Positions 11,966-24,561 of a stretch of 64,000 bases of DNA are shown piece by piece (within the stretch, counting starts at the first letter, position 1; every line of letters begins with the position of its first letter). Below the pieces are notes generated by a model. The model saw only the letters and a program-made list of their open reading frames with translations. It was not told where the DNA came from and did no database searches. Source of the DNA: Sporopachydermia quercuum. Taxonomy: Eukaryota. Position numbers and translations under genes: made by a program. The DNA is taken from NCBI GenBank assembly GCA_001599295.1, contig BCGN01000003.1, positions 558,001 through 622,000 of the forward strand, written 5' to 3'.

Positions 11966-12652
11966 TTAAAAGGTTGAGCCTTCAGCCGGCTGTGGTAGCT
12001 TTCTGTTAGAACCACTGGCCATTTCCCTGCAGAAGTTAGTATTGAACTTAGTCGTGAAAATTTTGGAATCTTGGCTATACATATCAAAGCCACATAATAC
12101 TGGAAAACTTACTTTCGCAACTCTAACAATACAGTTTCCATTGTATAGTTTCGTTTCCATTGAGCTAGGCATGGAACAACCGTTGGATTAACAAAACCAT
12201 TATTTTGGTTTACGCAAGGAATATTGATTTTGGAAACGAACTTCACCACAGGTGGCTCATCAGGATATTTAGTACCGCACTCTAACGTAAGACTATAAAT
12301 TCTGTTTTCATGAGCACTCTTCAATCATATTGTTAGTAGTCAATGTAGATACTCCTATTATAGACCATAAGGCATACATATTTTCACACCGTAAGCTGTT
12401 TCACCAAATAAACTTACATGTGGAGGACCAATTATAGTACCATTCCAGTATGTCATTGTCATATCATCAGGATCTGCTAGACCATATGAACATGATTCAG
12501 GACCCAACCCTTTTTCTCCCTTCTCCAACTCTTCTAAAAGTCTGAAACTTCTTGGTCTATAAACAAATCATTTGTTAGCTCGATTCTAACTCAAATCAGT
12601 CAGATTCAGAATCTATTACTCGATTATACACTACTTACACTTTTGCCGACAT
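11966..12652 (-). CDS. MMS2: Ubiquitin-conjugating enzyme variant Mms2 (4 exons, 139 aa)
   Basis: Exons 12652-12639, 12556-12418, 12318-12113, 12026-11966; all three introns start GTAAGT with (G/TA)CTAAC branch points. Protein MSAKVPRSFRLLEELEKGEKG...WNGTIIGPPH|SAHENRIYSL...KLPQPAEGSTF. Confidence 0.95.
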
Positions 12653-13583
12653 TTTGCTTTATTATAGAGGTCCCAGCTGTTCTTGACCGCGTGTAAATCA
12701 CCTAGAATACTTGTACTTGATCCCTGACAATCTAATCCTATCAGATATGATTTCTAATTCATGTTATGCTATCTCCGAATCATGAATCACCTTCATCCAA
12801 AGTTCAAATTTAATTCCTATTTTAATCAACAACTAATCAAATTATATTGCGTTCTCTTCTAACTGTATCATAGTCGAGAGAACATTGACACCATCTGTAA
12901 GTACTCATTATCATATCCTCATTTATCATCACAGTTCCTCTAATGTCTTGTGTGCAAAGTCTCGTTCCATTTGGTCTTCATTCTTCTAATGATTATCTAA
13001 TCAGAAAAAACAACTTTCAAAGCCCATGGTTTGTTTCTTGTTGGGGTCAATTTCGTGCACAATCGTACATAGTTTACACTACCTTTTGACCCAGTTTCTA
13101 GAACACCCAATCTTTTTCCAATATATTGCATGTAACTGTATAATCATGTACATTATACATATCTTGCAGAAACATCCAAAGGTACTTCCATTTTAGTACA
13201 AACTATAAACAGTTTACCTTTTTAAGACCATCTAAAAAGGTAGAAGGATTTGTAGATGTTTCAAAGGGTTTTAATTTTCTTTCGAAGATAAACGTTAGGA
13301 TGATGAGAGAGGTAAGCACAGTTATGAATGGGAAGTAAGTCAGTCTTTTCTCACGTTTGTTGCACAGTTAATGTTGTTAATCTTATCCTAATAGATTATA
13401 TTTTATAAAAAGTAGTATAGGTAGCTGTTTAATATTGCAAATGTTGCTTGAATTGCAACTGAGTATAAAGATAATTACTAAAGAGGGGCGGGCCTACATT
13501 ATTAACGACAAAGGATCAATTGGAATAAGCTCTTATATTATAAAAATCAGTGAGGAACCTAGGGGGATACAAATAAAACTATT

Positions 13584-15860
13584 ATGAGTGAAGGCACAAA
13601 AATGGCAAATCTAGCTTCCCCAAAGCCAACGGTTAGAAATAAGAACAGAAAATCATTATCGTCAGTTCTTAAGCCAATTGACAATTACCTATCACCAAGA
13701 AGATCTCCATCAGTGATGAACATACTGAAATCTGATTCTGAAAAAGAAAGTGAAGTTTTTGAATTGAGGAGACAAATCTCTACTCTTCAATATGAGTTGT
13801 CAAGTTTAAAAGATGAAAAGGACTTGGAGAAGTTGTCATTTGAAAAGGTAGTGCAAGAGCTACGGCAACAATTAAATACTGAAGGTGAAAAAATAGACTC
13901 TTTGGAATCTGATCAGGAATTCTTATACAAGAAAAATCAAGAATATGAGAAAGAAGTTGAATCGCTGAAAGATGAGTTGTCTACTCAGAAGCGTGAAAAC
14001 GAGAAAATAATTGCGACGCTGCGAACTAAGTATAACACTAATAATGATGAATTATTTGACGTGAAGGATGAATTAAGGTCAATTACTATGACCAAAGACA
14101 GAGAGGTCAATATCTTGAAAATGAAGCTAGATTCAACGGAAGGCATCAAAAACGAGTTGACTAATCGTCTGGAAATGCTGTCTCGAGATTTAGAAGAGAA
14201 GAGGACGGAACTACTGCAGAAAGATACCTCTATTGAGAAGCTTAGACAAGAGAATATTTCACTCAAATCGGATCGCTCTTCAACTGACGATAAGTCAAAT
14301 CTGGAACTGATTTCGAGGGAGTTAAAAGAACAGTTAAAGTATATTGAAGAACTGGAAGCTAAAGATAGAAAACAAACTTCAATGATAGAAGATTATAAAG
14401 CTAAGAACGAATCTATGGAGGTTTTAAAAGAAGAAAAAAGACAGCTGGAAACACAACTAGCAGCTCTTGAGTCGCTGAGAAATAAGGTAGCAGAGTACGA
14501 AATTATGTTATCACGATTCACTGAAGAAAAGGAACAGTGGAATAAACTCATTAAGTCTTCTGGTATGGAATCTAAAGATGATTTAACATCAATATCACCA
14601 CAGCAAGTTTTTAAATCGTTATCACAGGAAAGATTAGAAAAGGCCTTACTAATAGAGAAGTTAGGTAGAATCGAGGCCGATAGTGCATCAAGTTTACATG
14701 GTCTTGAAGAAATAGAAAAAGAGTATAAAAAGGTAGTGACTGAACGAGATGAGATAGAGAATAAATATATCAAGGAAGCTAATCTACGGAACAAAATTGA
14801 AAGGCAGAAAGCTTTGGCTTTAAAAGAAACCCAATTTTTGCGTGAACAATTAAAACGTTTTGATTTAGAGGATGAGGAAGTATCAAAACTGACAGGAGCC
14901 ATTAATAACAGTAAAAAAGGTGANTCAGGAACATATAAACAAAGAGTCCTAGAATTGGAGAAGATAATTGATGAATATAAGAGTGAAATTCAAGTCTTAG
15001 TGAATCAACTAAAGGAAAAAGATGGTATTGATAATAGTAATATTGGAGCTGATAGCCGGAAGAGAAGAAAAAGGATCTCGGATACTTTTGATACCGAATA
15101 TAATAAGATCGGCGAACTGAAGAAGCAGTTGAAGGATACGGAGAATGAGAGAGATAATTTGACTATCGAAGTAACATCATTGAAAAATGATTTGTCAATC
15201 CTAGAGGAAAAGTTCAAAAAACTCAAAACGTCGGCAGCAAATGTCCAGAGCTCAGCTGAGTCNCCTGTTAGAATCTTACAGTTGAAGGACAATCCAGCAA
15301 GCAGGGACCAAGCTGTGAAAAAGGAATATTTAGATCAACTTCAAAAGGAGAATAATGAGTTATTAGCGCAACTTAAAAACAAGTTAGATAACGAAGCTTC
15401 AACGGAAAACAAAATGATACCGAAATCCGTTCTTGATAGGTTTAGATTGGAAATGAAGCAAACAGAAGAAAAATTATATGAGAAAGAAAAGCGTATAGTG
15501 AGATTGAGAGAGATCTTTTCTGCAAAATCGTTAGAATTCCGTGAAGCGGTTTACTCTCTCCTGGGTTATCAATTGGATTTCCTCCAAAACAATAAGGTCA
15601 GAGTGAAATCTAAATATTCTATATCTGATTCCCAATCATTTATATTTGATCCTGATGCAAAGACAATGAAAATGGCTGGAAGAAATGTCAGTTCTGATAG
15701 TAATTGTAAAGGTGTTGATTTTACTATGAGTGAAGAAAATGAAACAGGATTTATCAAAGAATGCGAGAACCTTATAGCATTTTGGGTGAAAGAAAGAAGG
15801 GAAATACCAGGGTTTCTGTCAGCCCTCAATCTTGAGTTGTTCGAACGAAACAATCGGTAA
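13584..15860 (+). CDS. MAD1: Spindle assembly checkpoint protein Mad1
   Basis: Long coiled coil, Mad2-interaction motif RILQLKDNP, RLREIF..FREAVYSLLGY and IPGFLSALNLELF. Confidence 0.92.
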   Translation: MSEGTKMANLASPKPTVRNKNRKSLSSVLKPIDNYLSPRRSPSVMNILKSDSEKESEVFELRRQISTLQYELSSLKDEKDLEKLSFEKVVQELRQQLNTEGEKIDSLESDQEFLYKKNQEYEKEVESLKDELSTQKRENEKIIATLRTKYNTNNDELFDVKDELRSITMTKDREVNILKMKLDSTEGIKNELTNRLEMLSRDLEEKRTELLQKDTSIEKLRQENISLKSDRSSTDDKSNLELISRELKEQLKYIEELEAKDRKQTSMIEDYKAKNESMEVLKEEKRQLETQLAALESLRNKVAEYEIMLSRFTEEKEQWNKLIKSSGMESKDDLTSISPQQVFKSLSQERLEKALLIEKLGRIEADSASSLHGLEEIEKEYKKVVTERDEIENKYIKEANLRNKIERQKALALKETQFLREQLKRFDLEDEEVSKLTGAINNSKKGXSGTYKQRVLELEKIIDEYKSEIQVLVNQLKEKDGIDNSNIGADSRKRRKRISDTFDTEYNKIGELKKQLKDTENERDNLTIEVTSLKNDLSILEEKFKKLKTSAANVQSSAEXPVRILQLKDNPASRDQAVKKEYLDQLQKENNELLAQLKNKLDNEASTENKMIPKSVLDRFRLEMKQTEEKLYEKEKRIVRLREIFSAKSLEFREAVYSLLGYQLDFLQNNKVRVKSKYSISDSQSFIFDPDAKTMKMAGRNVSSDSNCKGVDFTMSEENETGFIKECENLIAFWVKERREIPGFLSALNLELFERNNR

Positions 15861-17228
15861 AAGTTGAGTTTCATTCGAATGCAGATGAAAATGAAGAAGT
15901 ACTCAATTGTTAATGATGGATTTTATTTATTTTTCTGGTTGCCAAGTAATTGGTTAATACATCTATGTATGCTAATTGATATTTTTATGATTTAATGCCC
16001 TGTACGTACTTTCTAAAGCGTAAGTAAGTATGAAACGACATTACTTGGAAAGAAAGAGGAAAAGACTTTGTATAGATATTATATTAGGTATAAATTGATT
16101 ATACCTAACAAGATTAGTGCCTAGTTGAATTCCCGAAATTGACGACTTTATTGCATATGTCTGTGAAAATCATCAACTATTATTGGGTTAGACAATCAAT
16201 GGTATCTTGTTTATTCTTATGATAAATCTCTATAGTAAAAGAGCTTCTAATAAGTAGGAAAACAGCAATAGCTAACAATAAATATCTTACCGGATATCAA
16301 TAAATTTGTTAAAATATTGAAATTGTGCTTGCTGATCAACTGCTAAAGAAAGGTTCATTCGGCTCGTTAGGTTCGCTTTAGTTCTGTCATGCATAGAAAT
16401 CCGTCCTAGAACTCTAAACAATGCTTTTGAGATGATGTGTTCTTAAAACCATTTCTCTTTAAGAACCCATAAGGGGTTTTAAGAATTGTATTTATGTGAA
16501 GAAAATTCNGTTCATATGAAGCTCTGAGAAACAACAAAGTGGTAGATTTGTCACTTAATAATATCATTTCAGGAGTAAAGAGGGTGCTCCTTACTATGCT
16601 ATTTCTTTGTTACTANCAATTCAAATATGCATAAATATGCAGTGATTAATTAAGATTTGTCTACTCTACCTTACGTCAAGAAGTAGAGCAAAAAAACAGA
16701 TTAGAGTTCCATAGTCTACTTTAAACTTTATTACTCCCAGCTAAAGTGACAAAGTTGTTTTATCATCCGTTTGAACTTCCAGCAATTATAATATTGATGT
16801 TTACAATAAGATTGAAAGACACAGTTACACAATTACTTATCAAACACTTATCCTTAAGTTGCAGCTTATTTTAATAGTATGTCAAGAATATTCTTCGTAA
16901 AAAGCAGAACCCAATTGCATTATATACAACAAAGAATGAATTTGTTAGGAACCATTTTAACGGTCAGATTAAAGTTCCTATGAAACCTTAAAACAAACTT
17001 AAATAATATTCCACCCTCGAAAAAATGAATGCGTGAATATTATTTCAATTGTTTTATAATGAACATACTATCGAGAACTACAAAAGCAAATATNCTAATA
17101 CTATATTTATGAGATGCCTATTATGCTAATAGGAGTTTCGCACTTATTAACATCTAATTGTATACATTACCTACAGTCATATCATTTAGTTATATGGTAT
17201 CAGATTGGATCAAACGATCGTCCCAACA

Positions 17229-18035
17229 ATGACAAAGAACAGTTTGATATCACAGTCAACTAATGCCAATGAAAATAACTGTTCAGTTACAAAAACTGAA
17301 AAGGAAGAAAAATCTGAAAGGGTAACCACTAGGTATTTCATCAACAGCCCGCAAGAACCATCACAGCAAGTAACCATTGCAGATCCGGCAGTACTTCTGG
17401 CAACTGCTGAGCTATTGGCTATACTCTTCGGTTGCTATGCAATTTACAATCGTTTCATCAAAAGAATACCAAATGTCGAGAAATTACCACGAACTGCTTT
17501 AAGGAAAAGAACCTTTTACGGTAAGGTGACGTCTGTTGGTGATGGTGACAACTTTCATTTTTATCATACACCAGGAGGAGTTCTACTAGGATGGGGTTGG
17601 CTTAGAAAAGTACCAGAGGTCAATCAAAGAGGTCTCAAAGATCAAACTTTTCATGTAAGGCTTTGTGGGATTGATGCACCAGAAAGAAGTCATTTTGGAA
17701 AACCAGGACAGAAATGGGGGGATGAAGCAATGGAATTTTTAAGGTCTTACATATTAGGAACTCATGTTAGAGTGAAACCACTGAGTTTAGACCAATATGG
17801 TAGAATTGTGGGTAAAAGTTGGAAGACTACCTGGCTGGGACGACGAGATATTAGCGCTGAAATGTTACGGAAAGGATGGGCCGTTATTTATGACGCGAAA
17901 ACTGGAGCAGAGTTTGATGGTAGCGAAGTAAAATATNCGCGATTGGCATCAATGGCAAGATCATATAGATTGGGCATGTGGCAACATGGGGTGAAGAAAG
18001 TAGTATTACCAGGTGAGTTTAAGAGAACAAGCTAA
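17229..18035 (+). CDS. LCL3: Staphylococcal-nuclease-like protein Lcl3
   Basis: First ATG 17229; N-terminal TM segment; GKVTSVGDGDNFHFYHTPGG, RLCGIDAPE and DQYGRIV. Confidence 0.92.
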   Translation: MTKNSLISQSTNANENNCSVTKTEKEEKSERVTTRYFINSPQEPSQQVTIADPAVLLATAELLAILFGCYAIYNRFIKRIPNVEKLPRTALRKRTFYGKVTSVGDGDNFHFYHTPGGVLLGWGWLRKVPEVNQRGLKDQTFHVRLCGIDAPERSHFGKPGQKWGDEAMEFLRSYILGTHVRVKPLSLDQYGRIVGKSWKTTWLGRRDISAEMLRKGWAVIYDAKTGAEFDGSEVKYXRLASMARSYRLGMWQHGVKKVVLPGEFKRTS

Positions 18036-18242
18036 ACGAGCTGAATGACCTATGACGAATTTAGCTACGTTTTTTATACATTTTAATTTTTTTTGATGAT
18101 TGTCATCTTGACACTACCTAGTATTTCTAGCTGTAATACTACTCATATTACACATCTATTCACAAACAACAACAAACAATTTTATTGAACAGGGGGGAAG
18201 AAAAACAAATTCTAGAATAATCATCTCTTTCATAAATCAAAC

Positions 18243-20039
18243 TTAGCATCTGATATTGATACCATGTCTCTTCTCACTCTCACGTAATTCAAACATAACA
18301 TGAGCTGCAACGAATAGACACAGTGAACTAAGGAAAGCAAANTGCAAACCACCAGAAGTCGTAAACATGCGTACTAATAACTCCTTTACACCAGCGAGGC
18401 CCAAACAAAATCCAACTAAATTCGCTAACATCATCATCCAAATATTACAAACGGCACCAACAGCACATAAATGTCTATACAGCTCTTCCCTACCAATATA
18501 ATTCTTTGCTGGAAAAATATAACCAGCTAAAATCTCAGGAATAATGAATAAAACCACTAGCCATCCCCATAACAATAACTTCAACTCTATATCGTGCCAT
18601 ATTGCAACAAAAGTAAAGACGGCCAAAGTATTAATGATTGGTCTTTTGCCTCCACCAATAGGAATATAAATGTATCTCACAATCCAGCGATTGAAACTTC
18701 TATGCCAAGCTCTCCAGAAAGATTTAGCAGAATAGTTATTATCCATACATCTAACCATATTTTCAGGGGAGTCGATATGATCAATTAGTGCCCATAGTCT
18801 GAACGTTCTCCATGGAATAAGCAATTTCAACCAAATAATGTTCAAGTTGAAGAAACCTATCATAGAGATTTCAAATGGTGTATCACCGGTCCAAGCTTTC
18901 GTTTTAGAGATAGCAACAACATAAATATGATGGAGAATGAATTCCATAAGGAAAATACACCACAAAAGTCTCAGTGCATATAATTTCGTAAATTTTGTAG
19001 TAATTGTGGGCAATGGGTTTCTTGATTGATAGATAAAATCATTGAATGTAACAATTGGACCAGCAAGGTATAATGGGGCATATCCAATATAAGCAATCAA
19101 ATGAACAAAATTATAATCAGATATAGAAATAGGTGCTACTAGNCTTTCTCTATCTTCAAGATACTCAATCATACCTATAGTTCTTATATCGCTTTCACTA
19201 CTTAGTTTAGCTTTTGTCTCCAATGAAGGGACTTCTGCATTCTTTCTCAGTTTTTCGAAATAATCAAGATTGAAGCTCAACATTCTCAGCATTGTGAAAT
19301 TGAAGAAAACATCCCATCTGTGAATAATACCAGTATTGTAGTCCATAAATAGAAGCTTCATGTTCAATTGGTAGAAAAAGATCTTTCGAGTGTAATTATT
19401 GATAAACAATGTAGCAATACCGAATATCCATGTCACAGCAATACCAACTCTAATACTTCGAATACTCCATCTACTTTCAGTTTTGTTAAAAATGAAAGTA
19501 AACAAATAGCAAATAAGAATCTGAACGTATATTCGAATACAGTTATAGCCATGCGCTGCAAAGAAGAATATCAGGGCAAAAACAAAATCAAAAGTCAGTC
19601 TTCTCAGATTGAGCAACCGGATTTGAGGTTTATAAGGACGAACAAAAGAATTGATATCGCAGAAGACCCTTCGTAATAATGAATGGACAGCAATGAGAGC
19701 TGATATTGAAAAGATATTATCACGAAAGAATTTGTATTGACCATCTGAGTTATCAACTTTCCTATTCCACATCCATCCGGGAGTAAGCAATGGTAGGTAG
19801 AAATTGTAATTAGGATTTGAAGTCGAACTTGCATCCATACCGCCTTTAAACAAAAGTGGAATCACAATGAGGAATACCAAATAATATAGTTTGAATTCTG
19901 TGGTATTCCATCTTGATTTACCTGCTTGGCTTATAATCCTTTCACGTTTCTTGATATCTGTACTAGGTTTCAACCTGGAGTCTAACAACTCCAAGGAGAA
20001 GTAGGGCCACCATTTATCAAAATGTTCTCCCAAACCCAT
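18243..20039 (-). CDS. GUP1: MBOAT O-acyltransferase Gup1
   Basis: First ATG 20039; [21 protein letters not shown], catalytic FVAIWHD, C-terminal GINIRC. Confidence 0.95.
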   Translation of the reverse strand: MGLGEHFDKWWPYFSLELLDSRLKPSTDIKKRERIISQAGKSRWNTTEFKLYYLVFLIVIPLLFKGGMDASSTSNPNYNFYLPLLTPGWMWNRKVDNSDGQYKFFRDNIFSISALIAVHSLLRRVFCDINSFVRPYKPQIRLLNLRRLTFDFVFALIFFFAAHGYNCIRIYVQILICYLFTFIFNKTESRWSIRSIRVGIAVTWIFGIATLFINNYTRKIFFYQLNMKLLFMDYNTGIIHRWDVFFNFTMLRMLSFNLDYFEKLRKNAEVPSLETKAKLSSESDIRTIGMIEYLEDREXLVAPISISDYNFVHLIAYIGYAPLYLAGPIVTFNDFIYQSRNPLPTITTKFTKLYALRLLWCIFLMEFILHHIYVVAISKTKAWTGDTPFEISMIGFFNLNIIWLKLLIPWRTFRLWALIDHIDSPENMVRCMDNNYSAKSFWRAWHRSFNRWIVRYIYIPIGGGKRPIINTLAVFTFVAIWHDIELKLLLWGWLVVLFIIPEILAGYIFPAKNYIGREELYRHLCAVGAVCNIWMMMLANLVGFCLGLAGVKELLVRMFTTSGGLXFAFLSSLCLFVAAHVMFELRESEKRHGINIRC

Positions 20040-20948
20040 TTCAGATGATAGTAATGATTTCGCGCGGATTGAATGGAATGTTAGCCTTATATTATAAGGA
20101 TCCACATCGTTCAGTAGATCTTTATCAATGACTGATACGGATAAGTTGTTGATAGTAGTGAATCATCCATTGAATTGGCATTACATCTATCACGCAAAAA
20201 ATAAGATAACTGAGGGGTCTTCTCAAGCTGTCTCTTTTAAGTTTGTTGTCCTTCATCTGGGGAAACAAACCTTGTTTGTGGAGATTAGATTTCTTCATTA
20301 ACTTAGTTGTTCAAATTTATTAAGATATCTTTTTTAATAACGATTTTTAACCTGTGGAGTCTATATGAAATGGACGTCTGTTATAGAAGGATACCTTGAA
20401 GAGTCGTTAAGTATTTGTACCCTATTTTATATTGCTTTCTGATGCTGACCAAAGACTGCTTTTGAAATAAACTCATATATAAACTTTGTACATGTGAAGC
20501 ATGTCTTTAAACAGGATCGATTGTAGAAAAGGAAGAGAGAAGAACTATTAACTGGGAAGAGGTAATTTGAAATTCACCCAATTTACCAACTACCAACTAA
20601 TACTAAACTAAGCAACGGTTTTCTTAACTTCTGTTCTTAACAGTTGATTATTACCACCCACTTGTTTTCACTAGAAACCTTCCTCATCTCTCCCATTTTT
20701 GCATCATATATAGAACATCTCATATCAGGTTCTTCGATTAAATACCACAATTAAATGTTTACATAATCGCTGAAATACCAATCAAAATTTGAACCTTTCC
20801 TTCCCATGTTGAAAAATCTCATACATTTTGACTCACAGAAAAACACACCTTTCATACTTATCTTCTTCGCATGTATTATCAAATTAGTCTCATAGTATCA
20901 GCTATTCCACAGGCAGGCTAGATAATTACTAGCTTTAGATCTCTGACC

Positions 20949-21659
20949 ATGAAACGTACACTCAGCAGCTTTAAAGAGTTGGAAAGACGTCCTAACCCTC
21001 CGGGGTGGACTCCTCCAAAAGGTCCTTATAATCCATACGATGCTAGTGATGAAAGACCCCCCCAGGGTTATCCATCGGAGAATATGACGACTGGTGTTGC
21101 GAGATCCTGGACCTCTATTCCAAAAGATGCATCAACATATAAAGTTGTTCAAGAAAAAATGAAAAAGCTATCATACACACCAAGACCAATGTCTCAAATA
21201 TACCCAGGACAATTTCTAGTACTGAAAAGAGACCATACACACAAACAATACAATAAAGGTTCAAAAATAACGTCATATGTTATAGTTGTTACTTTATCGG
21301 CATATCTTGCATTTTTCTACAGATGGAATGAAGGATCTGAGAATGTTTTCTCAAGCTTTTACAGATTTAGATTGAGAGTTAAATCGTTGTTTACACCTTT
21401 ATCAGTAGANGAGAAAGGAGATTTGATATCGAAGATGCCCGAGAGTCTTGAGAAAGTGACCAATGTTAGTGCTGTACCAATCAAAGAGATTGAGCATGCA
21501 GAAAAGAACCAGATCTTTGAAAGACCTCAGAGAAGACATCTTGCATTAGCACAGTATATCAGCCAAGAACGGCAAGATGCTTATATGAATGCAGTGAAGA
21601 TAGCAGAGGAGACTTTAGAGAAGAAGAAGAATAAAAGGAAATGGTTTTATTGGTTTTAG
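20949..21659 (+). CDS. Hypothetical 236-aa single-TM protein
   Basis: Long ATG ORF, Pro-rich N-terminus (PPGWTPPKGPYNPYD), one hydrophobic helix, KRKWFYWF end; family not recognised. Confidence 0.75.
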   Translation: MKRTLSSFKELERRPNPPGWTPPKGPYNPYDASDERPPQGYPSENMTTGVARSWTSIPKDASTYKVVQEKMKKLSYTPRPMSQIYPGQFLVLKRDHTHKQYNKGSKITSYVIVVTLSAYLAFFYRWNEGSENVFSSFYRFRLRVKSLFTPLSVXEKGDLISKMPESLEKVTNVSAVPIKEIEHAEKNQIFERPQRRHLALAQYISQERQDAYMNAVKIAEETLEKKKNKRKWFYWF

Positions 21660-22401
21660 AAATACTTGTAAATAGATTAGAGAAAGGTATATATATGTCA
21701 GGTGCAAAGGCGTATGATACGGGGAAATAAAGTGATTTCATATAACAGTTTCCGTATGGCAGTGTATGAATATATAGGTGCTAACTCACAAGTGCGTTCA
21801 ATACTCCTTCATGGAGTAATGAATTGTAAAGCACCAAGTTAATGAAATAATTCAGCTCTTTTCCCTATTCAACTATAGAACAAACGCTTTTTTTCCCTTT
21901 TTATTTTCCTTGGATTTGTTCTGTGTGGTATTGGTAACTCTATTGCTAAGGAAATGCAGCTAACAATCCTACGATGAGAAAAAGAAGAGATAGAAGCAAA
22001 CCACTATATAATTTCCCAAATGTAGAAGCCCCAGCAGATATGTGGGCTTGCATATGNAAAGAAAAACATAGAGACGATCAAATTAAGATGAATGCATGTN
22101 CATCATTATTTGGAAAAGCGAGAAAAAAGATATGTTAGGTGGTAGTGAATGAATGAATGGTTTATTTATATTGGGAAAAAGATCATTAAAATGAGACCAC
22201 TTTGATGATAAAATTATGAAGAACCAAATTATTCCATGCTGTAGAGTAATCATTGTAACTGAGTGAATTCACAACCAAGTCCAAAAATGTTCATATGAAG
22301 ATTACATGGAATGAAAGTTTGAATGGAAACAATGCATTTCATGATTATGAACTAATACATAATACAAAAATAACTAATATAAAATTGCTCCAAACTTAAT
22401 A

Positions 22402-24561
22402 TCAGTGCTGTATAACAAATTTGATAGGATCATCAATTGAAGTACTAACACCTTCATNGGAAAATCGGTACATATTTACTTCAGGAGAAGAAACACCATC
22501 AGAAAGATTTCCTTGATCAATGTCATCACTTAAAGAATCACTAACATCAAAATCATCAAAATCTTCCGAATCGTTGAGGAAACTTAGCGCATCTGCGTAA
22601 GCTTTACCTCTGGCAATTTCACTAGTATATTCACCAACTTCTTCAGATAGTCCATCCAATTCCCCATGTTTCTTTCGCAAATCATTTCTTGCTTTTTCAT
22701 ATACTGTTTCAATTGTACGCTCTATTTTCATTCTATTGGATATAAATAAAATCTTTGGAAAGGCAGTCAATTGCCCATTGCAAAGCATATCAGCCATTCT
22801 TTCTGGAGTTGGATCGGATAATATATACCAGAAGTCCCATAATCGAATCTTGGGCCATAAAGTGATGGTTCCAGAGAATCTTTGCAACCAGATTGATGAC
22901 CAATCAGAATCCTTGATTCTTGGTAATAAATCTAACGATCTCATCAAACTCAACCATTTCTTAATTTCCAACTTGAGAAAATGTTCTATAGCTGTTCCAA
23001 GGAAGCCCCCTCTCCAGCCTTTACCATTTCTGTGGGTGACAGGTCGTCCAACAGCACCTCTGGGTGCATAGAAAAATAACGAAATATGTGGATTGACTTG
23101 GGACACAACTGAAAAGCGAACATTAAAATAAGTATTAAGAGCCTCTACAGGAATATCTGTACGTAAGCTCCCATCCTTCCATTTACTACCAAAACTAAAA
23201 GGTGCTACCATTTCCTTTCCATCGGCAGTCCTTACTTTCATCATTAAAACAACTGGATTTAAAATACCTGGCACAGCTGCTGATGCCAATAGAGCACTCC
23301 AAATAATGCAATTGGGAGATGTAATATGGTTGCATAAAATAACTGGTGAATGAGGATCTGCAGGAACAGTAGATATGTTCAGAATTTTGCCAGTCTTTTC
23401 ATAAGCCTCTTTGAAAGTTAAGGACCCACAAGTCCACCAAATACTTCTTCTGGCCCAGTCAACGGAATCGAATCTTGCACCTGTGCGCCAAAATCGTATA
23501 AACCACCAAGGAAATTTCTCCCAGGTTGCAGTAATTTTATTAGCTAGTTCAGGCACTAATAATTTTCTCACGTCTTCGTTGGAACGAGTACCAACAAGAG
23601 CAGAGACTAACCCACCTCCTGATGTTCCTGTGATTATGGTAGGTAGAACATCATTATCCAAGAGAGCCTTCACTATGCCAAAATGAATATATGCAAAACA
23701 AGCACCACCAGAAAGACATAACGCCGTCTTACCGTAATTCTTACTGATCAGCCTAAATATTTTGTATTTCTCAAATGGAGTCAGTGAGGGCGAATCCGAA
23801 AGATACTTCAAACTGGTAACTATTTCATCATGGTATTCCATGATCAAATCTTTAGTCCCGTAGTAGCAGTAGGAGTACATCTTAGCAGATTCAATACCAG
23901 CAAAATTCTCTTTTACACATGATTGCAGTATAATCGATAACTCAATTATATTATCAGTTTTCCGTGAATGTCTTAGTTTTTTGATGATTTTGTTGATGGT
24001 GTGATAGTCATAATAGAAAAATCGCGGATCACTTCTCCATTTATCTAGACCTAGTAATATGTCTAGCTTTTTCGCACTTGCTACCCATTCTTTATAGTTT
24101 TTGGCATTTTGAAGTTTCCTCCGTAATTTTTGCCGCTCACCTCTCCAGGTTATTGTATTTTCAAATAATGAAACATAGATCCTTACTAAAAAGTATAGTA
24201 TAACTAGAACCAGTAGGTAGAGTAGAACGAATATTAACAAAGGCCACCGCAGGATTTTATAGGTTAAACCCTCACGAGTATAGCTTTGTGTTGTGAGATT
24301 TCGTTTTCTACCAAATTTCCGCGGTTTACGCGTAGGTGGATTTACTTGAGATCCCTTAACTGGTTCAAAAACTGGGATCCAGTCATTCTTAGATGAAATG
24401 TATTCTACTTCTGGGGCTTCATTTACAGAATTGATTGTCATGTCATCATCTTCTCTTGAATTCAAAGCTTTCGCAAATTCTGCAAGATGATCTTCATTCA
24501 CAAAATCCGTATTGAAATCAGGAAGTTTTGATGTATCTGTTGGGGTATAATCTGATGTCAT
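22402..24561 (-). CDS. Patatin-like phospholipase / triacylglycerol lipase (Tgl3/4/5-like)
   Basis: LSGGACF oxyanion loop, GTSGG nucleophile elbow, WKDGSLRTD catalytic Asp, N-terminal TM segment. Confidence 0.9.
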   Translation of the reverse strand: MTSDYTPTDTSKLPDFNTDFVNEDHLAEFAKALNSREDDDMTINSVNEAPEVEYISSKNDWIPVFEPVKGSQVNPPTRKPRKFGRKRNLTTQSYTREGLTYKILRWPLLIFVLLYLLVLVILYFLVRIYVSLFENTITWRGERQKLRRKLQNAKNYKEWVASAKKLDILLGLDKWRSDPRFFYYDYHTINKIIKKLRHSRKTDNIIELSIILQSCVKENFAGIESAKMYSYCYYGTKDLIMEYHDEIVTSLKYLSDSPSLTPFEKYKIFRLISKNYGKTALCLSGGACFAYIHFGIVKALLDNDVLPTIITGTSGGGLVSALVGTRSNEDVRKLLVPELANKITATWEKFPWWFIRFWRTGARFDSVDWARRSIWWTCGSLTFKEAYEKTGKILNISTVPADPHSPVILCNHITSPNCIIWSALLASAAVPGILNPVVLMMKVRTADGKEMVAPFSFGSKWKDGSLRTDIPVEALNTYFNVRFSVVSQVNPHISLFFYAPRGAVGRPVTHRNGKGWRGGFLGTAIEHFLKLEIKKWLSLMRSLDLLPRIKDSDWSSIWLQRFSGTITLWPKIRLWDFWYILSDPTPERMADMLCNGQLTAFPKILFISNRMKIERTIETVYEKARNDLRKKHGELDGLSEEVGEYTSEIARGKAYADALSFLNDSEDFDDFDVSDSLSDDIDQGNLSDGVSSPEVNMYRFSXEGVSTSIDDPIKFVIQH

